A DNA stretch of 33,306 nt from sequence record SRR20825019_3140; one strand, 5' to 3'. A program made the translations under genes and the position numbers. Positions 17,433-26,427 of this stretch are shown here, one piece after another. A model generated the notes under the pieces. The model had not been told where the DNA came from, did not search any database, and was given only the letters and a program-made list of their open reading frames with translations. Position 1 is the stretch's first letter; every line of letters starts with the position of its first letter.

Positions 17433-18428
17433 ATGAGACGAATCTTAACCTCAATGTTTATAGCCTTGTTTTTTGGCTCCTTTGCCAAGGCCCAAGAAGG
17501 TATTCCCGTGTATTTCGATTACTTGGCGGACAATTACTATTTGGTGTATCCGTCCATGGCAGGTATTTCGGAAGGCACCAAAATTCGTCTTACGGCACGA
17601 AAGCAGTGGTTCAATGTGGACGAGGCGCCCAGTCTGCAAACACTGAACATTAATTCCCGAGTAGGGGAGCGCAGTGGAATAGGGGGCATACTCTTTAACG
17701 ATTCCAATGGATATCATTCGCAGACTGGTTTTAAGGCAACTTATGCCCATCATTTACAATTGGCAGGTGATTTTAGGACACTCAACCAATTATCCTTTGG
17801 ATTGAGTGCCGGTGTGATTCTCAGTAGTTTGGACGAAACTGAATTCAGGTCCGTAATTCCTGACCCAGTGGTTACTGGGGTAAAAAATACTACCAGTTAT
17901 TTTAATGTCGACTTAGGGGCATCCTATAATTTGTTCGAGTTTTACGCACATGTCGCTGTCTTGAACCTTTTGGGAAGTGGGCGAGACCTCTACACTGCCG
18001 CGGAGTTTGATAACTTACGACGGTATTTGTTCTCTGTTGGTTATGTATTTGGAAGGACTACCCGAATAGAGCCTTCCATTTTGTTCCAAATGACGGATTT
18101 TACCAAAGAGAAGACCGTGGATTTGAACGCAAAGGTATATCGAGATGTGAGTTTTGGAACCGTTTGGGCCGGATTGTCCTACCGTCGTAGTTTTGATGGG
18201 GCACAATTTCAATCCAACGGGAATTTTGGGGAGCAGCGCCTGCAATTGTTCACTCCGATCATCGGGGTCAATGTGAACAAGTTTATGTTTTCCTACAACT
18301 ATTCCTATCAGTCAGGGGACATTCGTTTTGATAATGGTGGCTTTCATCAAATCACTTTGGGATACGACTTTGGACAAAGCGATCAAGGCAAGCGCTACGA
18401 CTGTTATTGTCCTGCGGCCAACAATTAA
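17433..18428 (+). CDS. T9SS outer membrane protein, PorP/SprF family (no adjacent cargo gene)
   Basis: Signal peptide ending AKA-Q, YLVYPSMAG, RKQW...APSLQT, GIGGILFNDSNG, TYAHHL, LSFGLSAG, IEPSILF, GLSYR, HQITLGY. Confidence 0.85.
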   Translation: MRRILTSMFIALFFGSFAKAQEGIPVYFDYLADNYYLVYPSMAGISEGTKIRLTARKQWFNVDEAPSLQTLNINSRVGERSGIGGILFNDSNGYHSQTGFKATYAHHLQLAGDFRTLNQLSFGLSAGVILSSLDETEFRSVIPDPVVTGVKNTTSYFNVDLGASYNLFEFYAHVAVLNLLGSGRDLYTAAEFDNLRRYLFSVGYVFGRTTRIEPSILFQMTDFTKEKTVDLNAKVYRDVSFGTVWAGLSYRRSFDGAQFQSNGNFGEQRLQLFTPIIGVNVNKFMFSYNYSYQSGDIRFDNGGFHQITLGYDFGQSDQGKRYDCYCPAANN

Positions 18429-18459
18429 AAATGGCCCATCTTTTTGTGAAGGGCCATTT
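18429..18459. terminator. Likely bidirectional terminator between the convergent PorP-like and vWA genes
   Basis: AAATGGCCC (18429-18437) and GGGCCATTT (18451-18459) inverted repeat. Confidence 0.6.
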
Positions 18460-18480
18460 AAAACTCAAAAAGCGTCAATG

Positions 18481-19656
18481 TTATTTCTTGTCCCAAGTAT
18501 AGTTTTTCTTGGAGGCTTGAGCCTTTATGGCGGATAGCATGGCATTCTCCAACTCTCCGGTTTCTTCCTTTTGATGCTCGGCAATGTAAACCTCACGTTT
18601 GGCATTGAGTTCCTGTATCTGTTTTTGGATTTCTTCCCGTTCCGCTTTCTTTTGCTTTACATAAGCCTTGATTTCACTTTCGGATTTTCCTCGAAGTTCT
18701 TCGGGCAGATCTTTTTGTGGCAGCTCCGCAATCAAGGATTCATCATCTTCGGCGGCATCTACAAGGTCCCATGTCGAGTTTTTGTACAATCTGGAACTTT
18801 TGCTTACTGCTCTTTTCACGGCGACCACCTCTTCCAGTTCGGCAGCATTGGCATCTTGTGCGTATTGAAGCTCCTTTTTTTGCCTGCCAACGGAACCGTA
18901 GGAAATATAGGTGCCGTTCAATTTGGAGTTCAATTTGATGATAACATCATCGTAGGGTGTGTTAATATGAACGACTTGCCTGTTATGGTCAATGGCCATG
19001 TATTCTCCACCGGTACGTGTGGCACCGTTCTTCCACATCGTGGAAATACCTTGCTCGTAATTGCCGCAAAAAATCGTATTTACGATAACATCCTTTTCCT
19101 TGGCATGGGTTGTAGCTTCTTTATAATCCAGTTTTCCTTGGGTAAAGGGTTCGTTCCCCGCGATAAATATCATTTTAAGGTCATCAGCATTCTTGCCCCA
19201 ATCCAATTGTTTTAATGACGTATTGATAACCTGTCCGCAATATTCTTCGCCACCATTGGTGGTCAACGAAAAAAGTTTTTCTGAAATTTCGTCCAAATCA
19301 TTACTAAAGCCTAGAACCTGACGTATGTACCCTTCCTGGAAAATAAGATTGTCATTCCCATATTCGTAAAGGGCAATTTGAAGGGATGGTCGCACATTGG
19401 TGCCACATTTGGCATGGGTAAACTCGTTGACAATGTCCCACAATTGTGCCTTTGCCTGATTGATAAGACCGTCCATACTGTTACTGGTATCCAACAATAG
19501 AGCAATTTTAACGTATTGCTCCGAAGGCTTTTCAGCAGTGGATTGCGTGACCAAAGTTGTTTTCTCTTTCGTGTGTGCATTAAGGTTGCAACCGTAACTT
19601 GTACCTGTCATAAATAACAGAAAAGCAGAGCCTAAAAAGTAATTCATATGTTTCAT
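18481..19656 (-). CDS. von Willebrand factor type A domain lipoprotein with C-terminal coiled coil
   Basis: Lipobox SYG-C; IALLLDTSNSMDG (MIDAS DxSxS), TTNGGEE, MIFIAGNE, VNTIFC; helical charged C-terminus. Confidence 0.85.
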   Translation of the reverse strand: MKHMNYFLGSAFLLFMTGTSYGCNLNAHTKEKTTLVTQSTAEKPSEQYVKIALLLDTSNSMDGLINQAKAQLWDIVNEFTHAKCGTNVRPSLQIALYEYGNDNLIFQEGYIRQVLGFSNDLDEISEKLFSLTTNGGEEYCGQVINTSLKQLDWGKNADDLKMIFIAGNEPFTQGKLDYKEATTHAKEKDVIVNTIFCGNYEQGISTMWKNGATRTGGEYMAIDHNRQVVHINTPYDDVIIKLNSKLNGTYISYGSVGRQKKELQYAQDANAAELEEVVAVKRAVSKSSRLYKNSTWDLVDAAEDDESLIAELPQKDLPEELRGKSESEIKAYVKQKKAEREEIQKQIQELNAKREVYIAEHQKEETGELENAMLSAIKAQASKKNYTWDKK

Positions 19657-19680
19657 GATGCAATAATTTTAAAGTTGAGG

Positions 19681-19688
19681 TAAATGTA
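19681..19688 (-). promoter_or_regulatory. Possible degenerate -7 element for the vWA gene
   Basis: Minus strand TACATTTA, one mismatch from TAnnTTTG, between the direct repeats and ATG 19656. Confidence 0.4.
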
Positions 19689-19716
19689 TCGGCAACTTTG
19701 TTCAATTAAAATCGGG

Positions 19717-19746
19717 AATGAGTGACATGGCATTTCAAATGAGTGA
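19717..19746 (-). promoter_or_regulatory. Putative LytTR binding site: 9-bp direct repeat with 12-bp spacer
   Basis: AATGAGTGA at 19717-19725 and 19738-19746 (TCACTCATT on the minus strand), 21-bp period, beside a LytTR two-component locus. Confidence 0.7.
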
Positions 19747-19853
19747 AAGGAACCAATAACTTCGTAAGGTGGTAAAATAGAGGTGTTTTTTAGTGGATTT
19801 CGGTAGGTGGCCATTTTTTAAAATGCTTGGGAAGCAGTATGTTTACCTAACAT

Positions 19854-22067
19854 ATGACTCGCAATATTTACATATTACTATTGATTCTTTTCACCTCGTT
19901 GGGTTCTCTGGCGCAAGTGGGAAATGCACAGGGTCAAATGCAAATCAAAGGCTCTGTAAAGGGCAAGGAAAACTATGCCCCAATTTCTGGAGTTCGCGTA
20001 TCCACCGATAAAGGAGCCTTTACCACTACAAATGCCTTGGGGGAGTTTATTATCAGGGCTTCCATAGGAGATATATTGATGGTTGAAAGCCCGGAACTGG
20101 AAACAGTGCGTTACCGTATCAAATCGGGTGAGGATGTGGATGTGTTGGTGGAAGGTTATTACGGTGGGGTTTCGAAAAAGCAAAAACGGGAGTCCATAAG
20201 TTCAAGGAGTTCCCTTGCAGACCATCAACGGTTTTTGGATTCTGCCAACGCTTACAAGAAAACCGATTTGGAAAAGAGCATCGATTTTATCGCACGCTCA
20301 ATGGAATCTTTGGGCAGCTCAGGGAATAAAAATGAATTTTCCGCTTCGTTACGTACTTTGGGCGAAATCTATATGTTCCACGAACAGTACGATTTGGCCA
20401 TCACCAATTTTAAGGATGCCTTGGCCGCACAGGAATCGAACAAGACCAAAATACTGTTGGGACGAGCTTATGTTCTAAATAAAAACTATGAAAGCGCCAT
20501 CTCCATTCTAGAACCTCTGGTAACGGTAAGGAACATGGTGCCCTACCAGCGAATCGAACTTTTTGAAGCTTTAGGCGATGCCAATAAGGAATTGGGTAAA
20601 TTGAAAGATGCCCAAGGGTATTATCAACAGGGTCTAGTTATCGCAGAAAAAAACCAAATCTCTCCCAAGGAAATCGACCTCAACTCTAAAATTGCGGATG
20701 TTTTTGCCAGTGAGGACAGAGTGATAGAGGCCGAAGGATTTTATCAAAATTCATTAAGCCTTTCAAAAGAAGTAGCGCCCGAACGCTTGATACAGGAAAG
20801 TGAAAAAGTAGCCGATTTCTACAATCAGAAAAGCCGATATGATGATGAGATCCAGTTGAGAAAAAGAAATCTGGATGAATTAAAGCAGATGCCAAGGTCC
20901 AGTGTGGCCTCAAGGGCACAGGGAATCAATACCCGGGATACCATAACCTCTCAGCGCATCAATTATAAAATTGCCAATGCCTATATCGCCCAGGACAAAT
21001 TGGAGGAAGCAATTCCATATCTGGAAAAAAGTATCGTGGAAGCGGACAAGGATGATGACCTTGTGGTACAAAAGGACGCTACGCGAAAACTTTCTGAAGT
21101 CTACGGCTATAAAGGTGATTATGGCAAGGCCTTGGAGTCCTACCAAGATTATGTGGCCGTGGTGGATAGCCTTTACGTGCGCAAGGAACAGGAGATTTCG
21201 AGGGCGGCACGGTTTAATCGTGAGATTGCCAACACGCAAAACCGAATTTCCAGTTTGGAACAGGAAAGGGAGCTCAGTCAAAGCAAATATAGCCTTGCCG
21301 TAACGGAGCAACAATTGTACGAAGAGACCAGCAAGCGTCAAAAATGGATCATCTATTCCCTGATATTCGGAATTGCTCTGATGGCACTCACCGCATTCTT
21401 GTATTACAGGAGCAATAGACAGCAAAAATTGGCCAACAACCTTTTAGCGTTAAAGTCGCTTAGAACCCAAATGAACCCGCATTTTATTTTTAATGCGCTC
21501 AATTCGGTGAACAATTATATAGCCAAGAGCGATGAGCGGAGCGCCAACCGATTTTTAAGCGAGTTCTCCGTATTGATGCGTAGTGTACTCGAAAATTCTG
21601 AAGAAGATTTTATTCCATTGGCCAAGGAACTGGAGCTGTTGGAACTTTACATAAAATTGGAACATTCAAGGTTTTCCGACAAGTTTGATTACGAAATAGA
21701 CGTGGATAAAAAAATAGATGTGGATGCCTTTCAAATCCCGCCCATGTTGCTTCAACCCTATATTGAAAATGCCATCTGGCATGGGTTGCGTTACAAGGAA
21801 GAAAAGGGTTCCCTCAAAATCAAAGTGCGACAAATCACGGAAGATATGCTCGAAATCTGTATCGAGGACGACGGTATTGGAAGAAAAATGTCCGCTGAAT
21901 TGAAGACGGCCAATCAAAAGAAACAGAAATCAAAAGGCATGGGCAACATCAAAAAACGCATCCAGATTTTGAACGATATGTACAAAAACAAGGTTGATGT
22001 GTCCATTGCTGATTTGAACAGTGACCAAACGGGTACAAGGGTATCCCTAAAACTTAAAAAACAATGA
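19854..22067 (+). CDS. TPR-containing sensor histidine kinase, LytS/YpdA-like kinase core
   Basis: Signal peptide (SLA-Q), carboxypeptidase-regulatory-like segment (IKGSVKG...PISGVRV...TTTNALGEF.I), TPR-like helices, TM WIIYSLIFGIALMALTAFLYY, QMNPHFIFNALNSV, IPPMLLQPYIENAIWHG, IEDDGIG. Confidence 0.92.
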   Translation: MTRNIYILLLILFTSLGSLAQVGNAQGQMQIKGSVKGKENYAPISGVRVSTDKGAFTTTNALGEFIIRASIGDILMVESPELETVRYRIKSGEDVDVLVEGYYGGVSKKQKRESISSRSSLADHQRFLDSANAYKKTDLEKSIDFIARSMESLGSSGNKNEFSASLRTLGEIYMFHEQYDLAITNFKDALAAQESNKTKILLGRAYVLNKNYESAISILEPLVTVRNMVPYQRIELFEALGDANKELGKLKDAQGYYQQGLVIAEKNQISPKEIDLNSKIADVFASEDRVIEAEGFYQNSLSLSKEVAPERLIQESEKVADFYNQKSRYDDEIQLRKRNLDELKQMPRSSVASRAQGINTRDTITSQRINYKIANAYIAQDKLEEAIPYLEKSIVEADKDDDLVVQKDATRKLSEVYGYKGDYGKALESYQDYVAVVDSLYVRKEQEISRAARFNREIANTQNRISSLEQERELSQSKYSLAVTEQQLYEETSKRQKWIIYSLIFGIALMALTAFLYYRSNRQQKLANNLLALKSLRTQMNPHFIFNALNSVNNYIAKSDERSANRFLSEFSVLMRSVLENSEEDFIPLAKELELLELYIKLEHSRFSDKFDYEIDVDKKIDVDAFQIPPMLLQPYIENAIWHGLRYKEEKGSLKIKVRQITEDMLEICIEDDGIGRKMSAELKTANQKKQKSKGMGNIKKRIQILNDMYKNKVDVSIADLNSDQTGTRVSLKLKKQ

Positions 22068-22798
22068 TGGAACTAAAGGCGGTCATTGTAGAAGATGAGG
22101 CGAACAGCCGCGAAATTCTTCGAAACTATTTGTCCAAATATTGTGAGAACATCACCTTGCTAGGGGAAGGCGCCACGATAGAGGAAGGATTGCAGCAAAT
22201 TAAAAAGCACAATCCAGATTTGGTCTTTTTGGATGTGGAAATGCCCTTTGGCAATGCCTTCGACCTATTGGACCAAATCCCGGAACGTACTTTTGAGACC
22301 ATTTTTGTGACGGCCTATAACCAGTACGCCATGGATGCACTCAATCATCATGCGGCCTATTATTTGATGAAGCCCATCAATATTGATGAGTTGATAAAGG
22401 CTGTCGAGTATGTGCGGGGCATCAAAGAAAAGGAAAATGCATTGGAGGGACAGGTACTGCAGGCCCGTTCTGTAAAGGCCGAGGGAAAAATAACACTGCC
22501 CCAGCAAGATGGTTTCCAAGTGCTTGATGTTGCCGATATCTATTTTTGCAAAGCAGATGATAACTATACAGAAATATATCTTGAGAAAAAGAAAATTGTA
22601 GTAAGCAAAACCCTCAAATATTTTGAAGAAGCCCTGCAATCCTATTCATTTGCTAGAATCCATAAATCCTATTTGGTGAATGTTGCCGAAGTGATGAAAT
22701 ATAAAAAGGGCAAAGGTGGCAGTGTGGTACTGTCAAATGGTAAGGAACTCTCCGTTTCGGCATCCAAAAAGGCAGACCTATTATCGTATTTTCAATAA
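22064..22798 (+). CDS. LytTR family response regulator
   Basis: Receiver motifs IVEDE, FLDVEMP, FVTAY, YLMKP; LytTR motifs ADDNYT, SKTLK, FARIHKSYLVN; ATGA overlap with the kinase stop. Confidence 0.95.
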   Translation: MMELKAVIVEDEANSREILRNYLSKYCENITLLGEGATIEEGLQQIKKHNPDLVFLDVEMPFGNAFDLLDQIPERTFETIFVTAYNQYAMDALNHHAAYYLMKPINIDELIKAVEYVRGIKEKENALEGQVLQARSVKAEGKITLPQQDGFQVLDVADIYFCKADDNYTEIYLEKKKIVVSKTLKYFEEALQSYSFARIHKSYLVNVAEVMKYKKGKGGSVVLSNGKELSVSASKKADLLSYFQ

Positions 22799-22851
22799 AT
22801 TGTCATATCGGCCCAAGTCAAGGACGATAAATAATATCAAAATATATCAAC

Positions 22852-23367
22852 ATGATCATAAAACCAGTAAGGGGTAAATCCCCAGTAATTGGAAAGGATT
22901 GCTTTATTGCAGAAAACGCAACCATTGTAGGCGAAGTAAGCATGGGCGACCAGTGCAGTGTTTGGTTCAATGCTGTAATCCGGGGCGATGTCCATTTTAT
23001 AAAAATGGGAGATAAGGTGAATGTGCAGGACGGTGCGGTTATCCATTGTACCTACGAAAAATCCCCGACCACTATTGGGAATAATGTCTCTATAGGCCAT
23101 AATGCTTTAGTACATGGTTGTACGATCAAGGACAATGTGCTGGTGGGTATGGGAAGCATTATTATGGATGACTGTGTGGTGGAGAGCAATTCCATTATTG
23201 CTGCAGGAGCGGTAGTTACCAAAGGGACACATGTGGAAGCGGGAAGTATTTATGCTGGAATGCCCGCCAAAAAGATAAAGGATATCAGCCCTGAACTGTC
23301 CAAAGGCGAGATAGACCGAATTGCCAACAACTATGTGAAATACTCCAGTTGGTTCAAAGAAGAATAG
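22852..23367 (+). CDS. Gamma carbonic anhydrase family protein
   Basis: Hexapeptide repeats, SVWFNAVIRGDV, NVQDGAVIH, IGHNALVHG (three His ligands), AGMPAK. Confidence 0.93.
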   Translation: MIIKPVRGKSPVIGKDCFIAENATIVGEVSMGDQCSVWFNAVIRGDVHFIKMGDKVNVQDGAVIHCTYEKSPTTIGNNVSIGHNALVHGCTIKDNVLVGMGSIIMDDCVVESNSIIAAGAVVTKGTHVEAGSIYAGMPAKKIKDISPELSKGEIDRIANNYVKYSSWFKEE

Positions 23368-23398
23368 CAATCGAGCAAACGATAATTCGAATATTCCC

Positions 23399-23406
23399 TA
23401 TTTTTG
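23399..23406 (+). promoter_or_regulatory. Bacteroidota -7 promoter element for fabD
   Basis: TATTTTTG, 24 nt before ATG 23431. Confidence 0.55.
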
Positions 23407-23430
23407 TCCCACTCAAAAGAATAGACAACT

Positions 23431-24315
23431 ATGAACGCATATATTTTTCCAGGACAAGGTGCACAATTTGTAGGTATGGGCTTGGATCTTTACGAAAATC
23501 ACTCCGAGGCACAGGAGCTGTTTGAAAAAGCCAATGAAATTCTTGGTTTTTCCATTACGGACATTATGTTCGAAGGTACTGCGGAAGACCTAAAACAGAC
23601 CAAAGTGACCCAACCTGCCATTTTTTTGCACTCCGTAATCTTGAGCAAGGTGTTGGGCGATAGCTTTAAACCGGATATGGTGGCCGGGCACTCCTTGGGA
23701 GAATTCTCCGCCTTGGTGGCCAATGGCACCTTGAATTTTGAGGATGGTCTAAAATTGGTGTCGCAACGAGCCCTTGCCATGCAAAAAGCCTGTGAGATCC
23801 AGCCAAGTACCATGGCAGCCGTTTTGGGATTGGAAGATGAGGTAGTGGAGAAAATCTGCTCGGAAGTAGAAGGTATCGTGGTGCCTGCGAACTACAATTG
23901 CCCCGGACAATTGGTAATTTCCGGTGAGGTAGATGCGGTTAACGTAGCCTGTGAAAAAATGAAAGAAGCCGGGGCACGAAGAGCTTTGTTGTTGCCCGTT
24001 GGTGGCGCTTTCCATTCCCCATTGATGGAGCCTGCAAGAGAAGAATTGGCCGCTGCCATCGAAGCCACCGAGTTTAAGACGCCGAGCTGCCCTATTTATC
24101 AAAATGTGACCACGACGGCAGTATCCGACCCCATTGAAATTCAAAGGAATCTAATACTGCAATTGACAGCTCCCGTAAAATGGACGCAAAGCGTTCAGCA
24201 AATGGTAAAAGGAGGAGCTACATCCTTCGTGGAAGTAGGGCCGGGCAAGGTGTTGCAAGGATTGGTGAAAAAAATTCATGGAGATGCCGAAACCAGTTCG
24301 GCTGTGGTTTCTTAA
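23431..24315 (+). CDS. fabD: Malonyl CoA-ACP transacylase
   Basis: FPGQGAQ, TQPAIF, AGHSLGE nucleophile motif, ANYNCPGQLVISG, GGAFHSPLM, EVGPGKVLQGL. Confidence 0.97.
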   Translation: MNAYIFPGQGAQFVGMGLDLYENHSEAQELFEKANEILGFSITDIMFEGTAEDLKQTKVTQPAIFLHSVILSKVLGDSFKPDMVAGHSLGEFSALVANGTLNFEDGLKLVSQRALAMQKACEIQPSTMAAVLGLEDEVVEKICSEVEGIVVPANYNCPGQLVISGEVDAVNVACEKMKEAGARRALLLPVGGAFHSPLMEPAREELAAAIEATEFKTPSCPIYQNVTTTAVSDPIEIQRNLILQLTAPVKWTQSVQQMVKGGATSFVEVGPGKVLQGLVKKIHGDAETSSAVVS

Positions 24316-24359
24316 CTACGGAAAACAGTTCATCCGAATAAATTGAGATTTAAACTAAT

Positions 24360-24384
24360 AGGCAAGGATGTTCCTTGCCTTTTT
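24360..24384 (+). terminator. Intrinsic terminator after fabD
   Basis: AGGCAAGGA (24360-24368), loop TGT, TCCTTGCCT (24372-24380), then TTTT. Confidence 0.78.
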
Positions 24385-24458
24385 CGTAATATTGGTTCAC
24401 CCAACTTACCAACTACACGCAGGCAAAAAGAACGTAACTGAAACGCACGCAATAAATA

Positions 24459-26426
24459 ATGCAAGCTCGGCTAAAAACAACCTCATCAACACCATGTGCC
24501 GCTATGGGTCGTGGTCGTATTTTGATTATTCTTTTTCTACTATTGGGTATCGGTGTTGGCTTTGGGCAAACCGTTTCCATAACCGCAAGCGAACCTAATG
24601 CCAGCGAGGCAGGCCTTACTTCTGGTGAGTTTACTATTTCTGTAACAGGAGGTACAGCTTTAACAACTGTAGAAGTTTTCTTCGAAGTCGATGCTAGCAG
24701 CACGTCCACACCAGGAGTTGATTATACAACATTGTCATCGCCAGTGAGTGTTTTTATTCCCTTGTTGGGTGGAGGTAATGGTTCAGAGACATTGGACGTC
24801 GATGTATTGCAAGATGCTCTGGTGGAGTTTGATGAAACAGTGATTGTTAATCTACTGGAAGATGATGATTATGATTTGGCTCCTAATCCTGCAAACAGAA
24901 CAGCTACGGTTACCATTGTAAGTGATGATGTCCCCGATGGTACCTGTACCAATTTGGCAGCCCCTAACTTAGATGCTACAGAGCCCACAGTGTTCTGCGA
25001 GGCCATATTTGTGGATTTGGACAATTATGTGAACAATGTGAACGGACCCGGGGGCACACAACTGGTGTGGTCCAGAAACCCTTCCCCGGATAACGTTGAT
25101 GATCAAATTGACAGTAACATAGAAGATGGCTCCGGTGTATACTATGGATTCTATTACGATAATGCCAATGACTGCTACGGTGCCAGTTTAGAGCTGGAAC
25201 TGGAAAGAAATTTTACCCCTACCATTATAGAGACCACTGCAGAACAGATTTGTGGCTCGGGAACATCTGTATTAACGGTTACAGCTGAGGTAGAGGACTT
25301 GAGCGCCATAACCTATAGCTGGTTCGATAGTTTGGATACAAATGCAAGTCCAATCGCAACAGGAAACACCTTTGAGACCGGAGAGTTAACGGAAACAACC
25401 TCTTTTTATGTTTCCGCAGCGTCCAATGAATGTGCTTCCGAAAGAGAAGAAGTTGTGGTTACCGTGAACAATGAACCTTTGGCCGGAGCTCCGATAGATG
25501 GATTGCCACTATGCAATATTTCCAGCGATGAAGGACTAAATAGTTTAGACTTAGATGACAGGCTTATAGGTCAAGACCCTGGGACTTGGACTATTATAAC
25601 TGACCCCTCTAATGGGAATGTGACGATTGGTGCCGAAAATGTGGTAGATTTTACTGGTCTTCCCAGTGGCGATTATGTTTTTGAATATACCACGAATACC
25701 GTTGGAAATTGCACAGAAACAGCTTCGGCACAGATTACCATAACCGTACAAGATTGTATTTCCAATGAAGCGATTGATTTGGCCATAACAAAAACAGTAG
25801 AAGGCAGGTCTGCTTATTTGTTGGGAGAAGAAATAGTTTTTGTCATAAATGTGGAAAATGTAGATGAAAGTTTGGTGATGGATATTGTGGTCACTGATAT
25901 GCTTGATGAAAATTTTGAATTTTTGAATGCGGAAGCAACCTTAGGGAACTATGATTCAGGTACTGGAGAATGGACCATCCCGGAAATGACCCCGACCGAT
26001 TTAAATGAAACTCTGACCATAACAGTAAGGGCTATAGGTGCAGGGGATATTCCGAATACGGCAGCATTGGTATCCTCGGTGCCCGTGGATGGAAATACAG
26101 AGAACAACTCGGGGACTATTTCCGTGAACGTAAATCGAAGCCAATGTGTTTATCCAGGCACTATATGTAATATTTTTTCGCCCAATGGGGACGGGTACAA
26201 TGATACCCTTACCTTGGTTGGCGACCACCTATTCCCCAATAATGCATTTGAAGTGTTCGACCGCTACGGCAATAGCGTTTTCCAAATGGATGGATATGAT
26301 AGTTCTTGGGACGGAACAGGCAAGAATGGCGATTTGCCCAAGGGTACCTATTTCTATGTTCTGGACTTGAATGGAGACGGAACGGATGTGTTAAAAGGAT
26401 GGATACAAATTGTAAGAGACAACTAA
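24459..26426 (+). CDS. T9SS cargo with type-B (gliding motility-associated) CTD; adhesin-like, with Calx-beta-like, Ig-like and DUF11-like domains
   Basis: Signal peptide ending GFG-Q (start may be ATG 24504). Calx-beta-like DVLQDALVEFDETVIVNL; Ig-like ICGSG...YSWFD...TTSFYV...CASER; DUF11-like DLAITKTV...VVTDML...GEWTI; CTD NIFSPNGDGYND...VFDRYGN...WDGT...GTYFYVL...KGWIQIVR. Confidence 0.9.
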   Translation: MQARLKTTSSTPCAAMGRGRILIILFLLLGIGVGFGQTVSITASEPNASEAGLTSGEFTISVTGGTALTTVEVFFEVDASSTSTPGVDYTTLSSPVSVFIPLLGGGNGSETLDVDVLQDALVEFDETVIVNLLEDDDYDLAPNPANRTATVTIVSDDVPDGTCTNLAAPNLDATEPTVFCEAIFVDLDNYVNNVNGPGGTQLVWSRNPSPDNVDDQIDSNIEDGSGVYYGFYYDNANDCYGASLELELERNFTPTIIETTAEQICGSGTSVLTVTAEVEDLSAITYSWFDSLDTNASPIATGNTFETGELTETTSFYVSAASNECASEREEVVVTVNNEPLAGAPIDGLPLCNISSDEGLNSLDLDDRLIGQDPGTWTIITDPSNGNVTIGAENVVDFTGLPSGDYVFEYTTNTVGNCTETASAQITITVQDCISNEAIDLAITKTVEGRSAYLLGEEIVFVINVENVDESLVMDIVVTDMLDENFEFLNAEATLGNYDSGTGEWTIPEMTPTDLNETLTITVRAIGAGDIPNTAALVSSVPVDGNTENNSGTISVNVNRSQCVYPGTICNIFSPNGDGYNDTLTLVGDHLFPNNAFEVFDRYGNSVFQMDGYDSSWDGTGKNGDLPKGTYFYVLDLNGDGTDVLKGWIQIVRDN

Positions 26427-26427
26427 A

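Noticed and set aside
18571..19215. 214-aa plus-strand ORF
   Set aside because: Fully antisense to the vWA gene; its Phe/Leu-rich composition mirrors the Lys/Glu codons of the real gene.
19767..19810. Scattered AGGTGG/GTGG words upstream of the kinase gene
   Set aside because: Irregular spacing (24 and 14 nt) and short matches; not supportable as a binding site.
22852..24315. Functional coupling of gamma carbonic anhydrase and fabD through bicarbonate supply
   Set aside because: fabD has its own -7 box and FabD does not use bicarbonate directly; adjacency alone is insufficient.
24641..24646. Additional TGTAAC hexamers (also at 31628)
   Set aside because: Intragenic and lacking GTCT at the 17-nt spacing.
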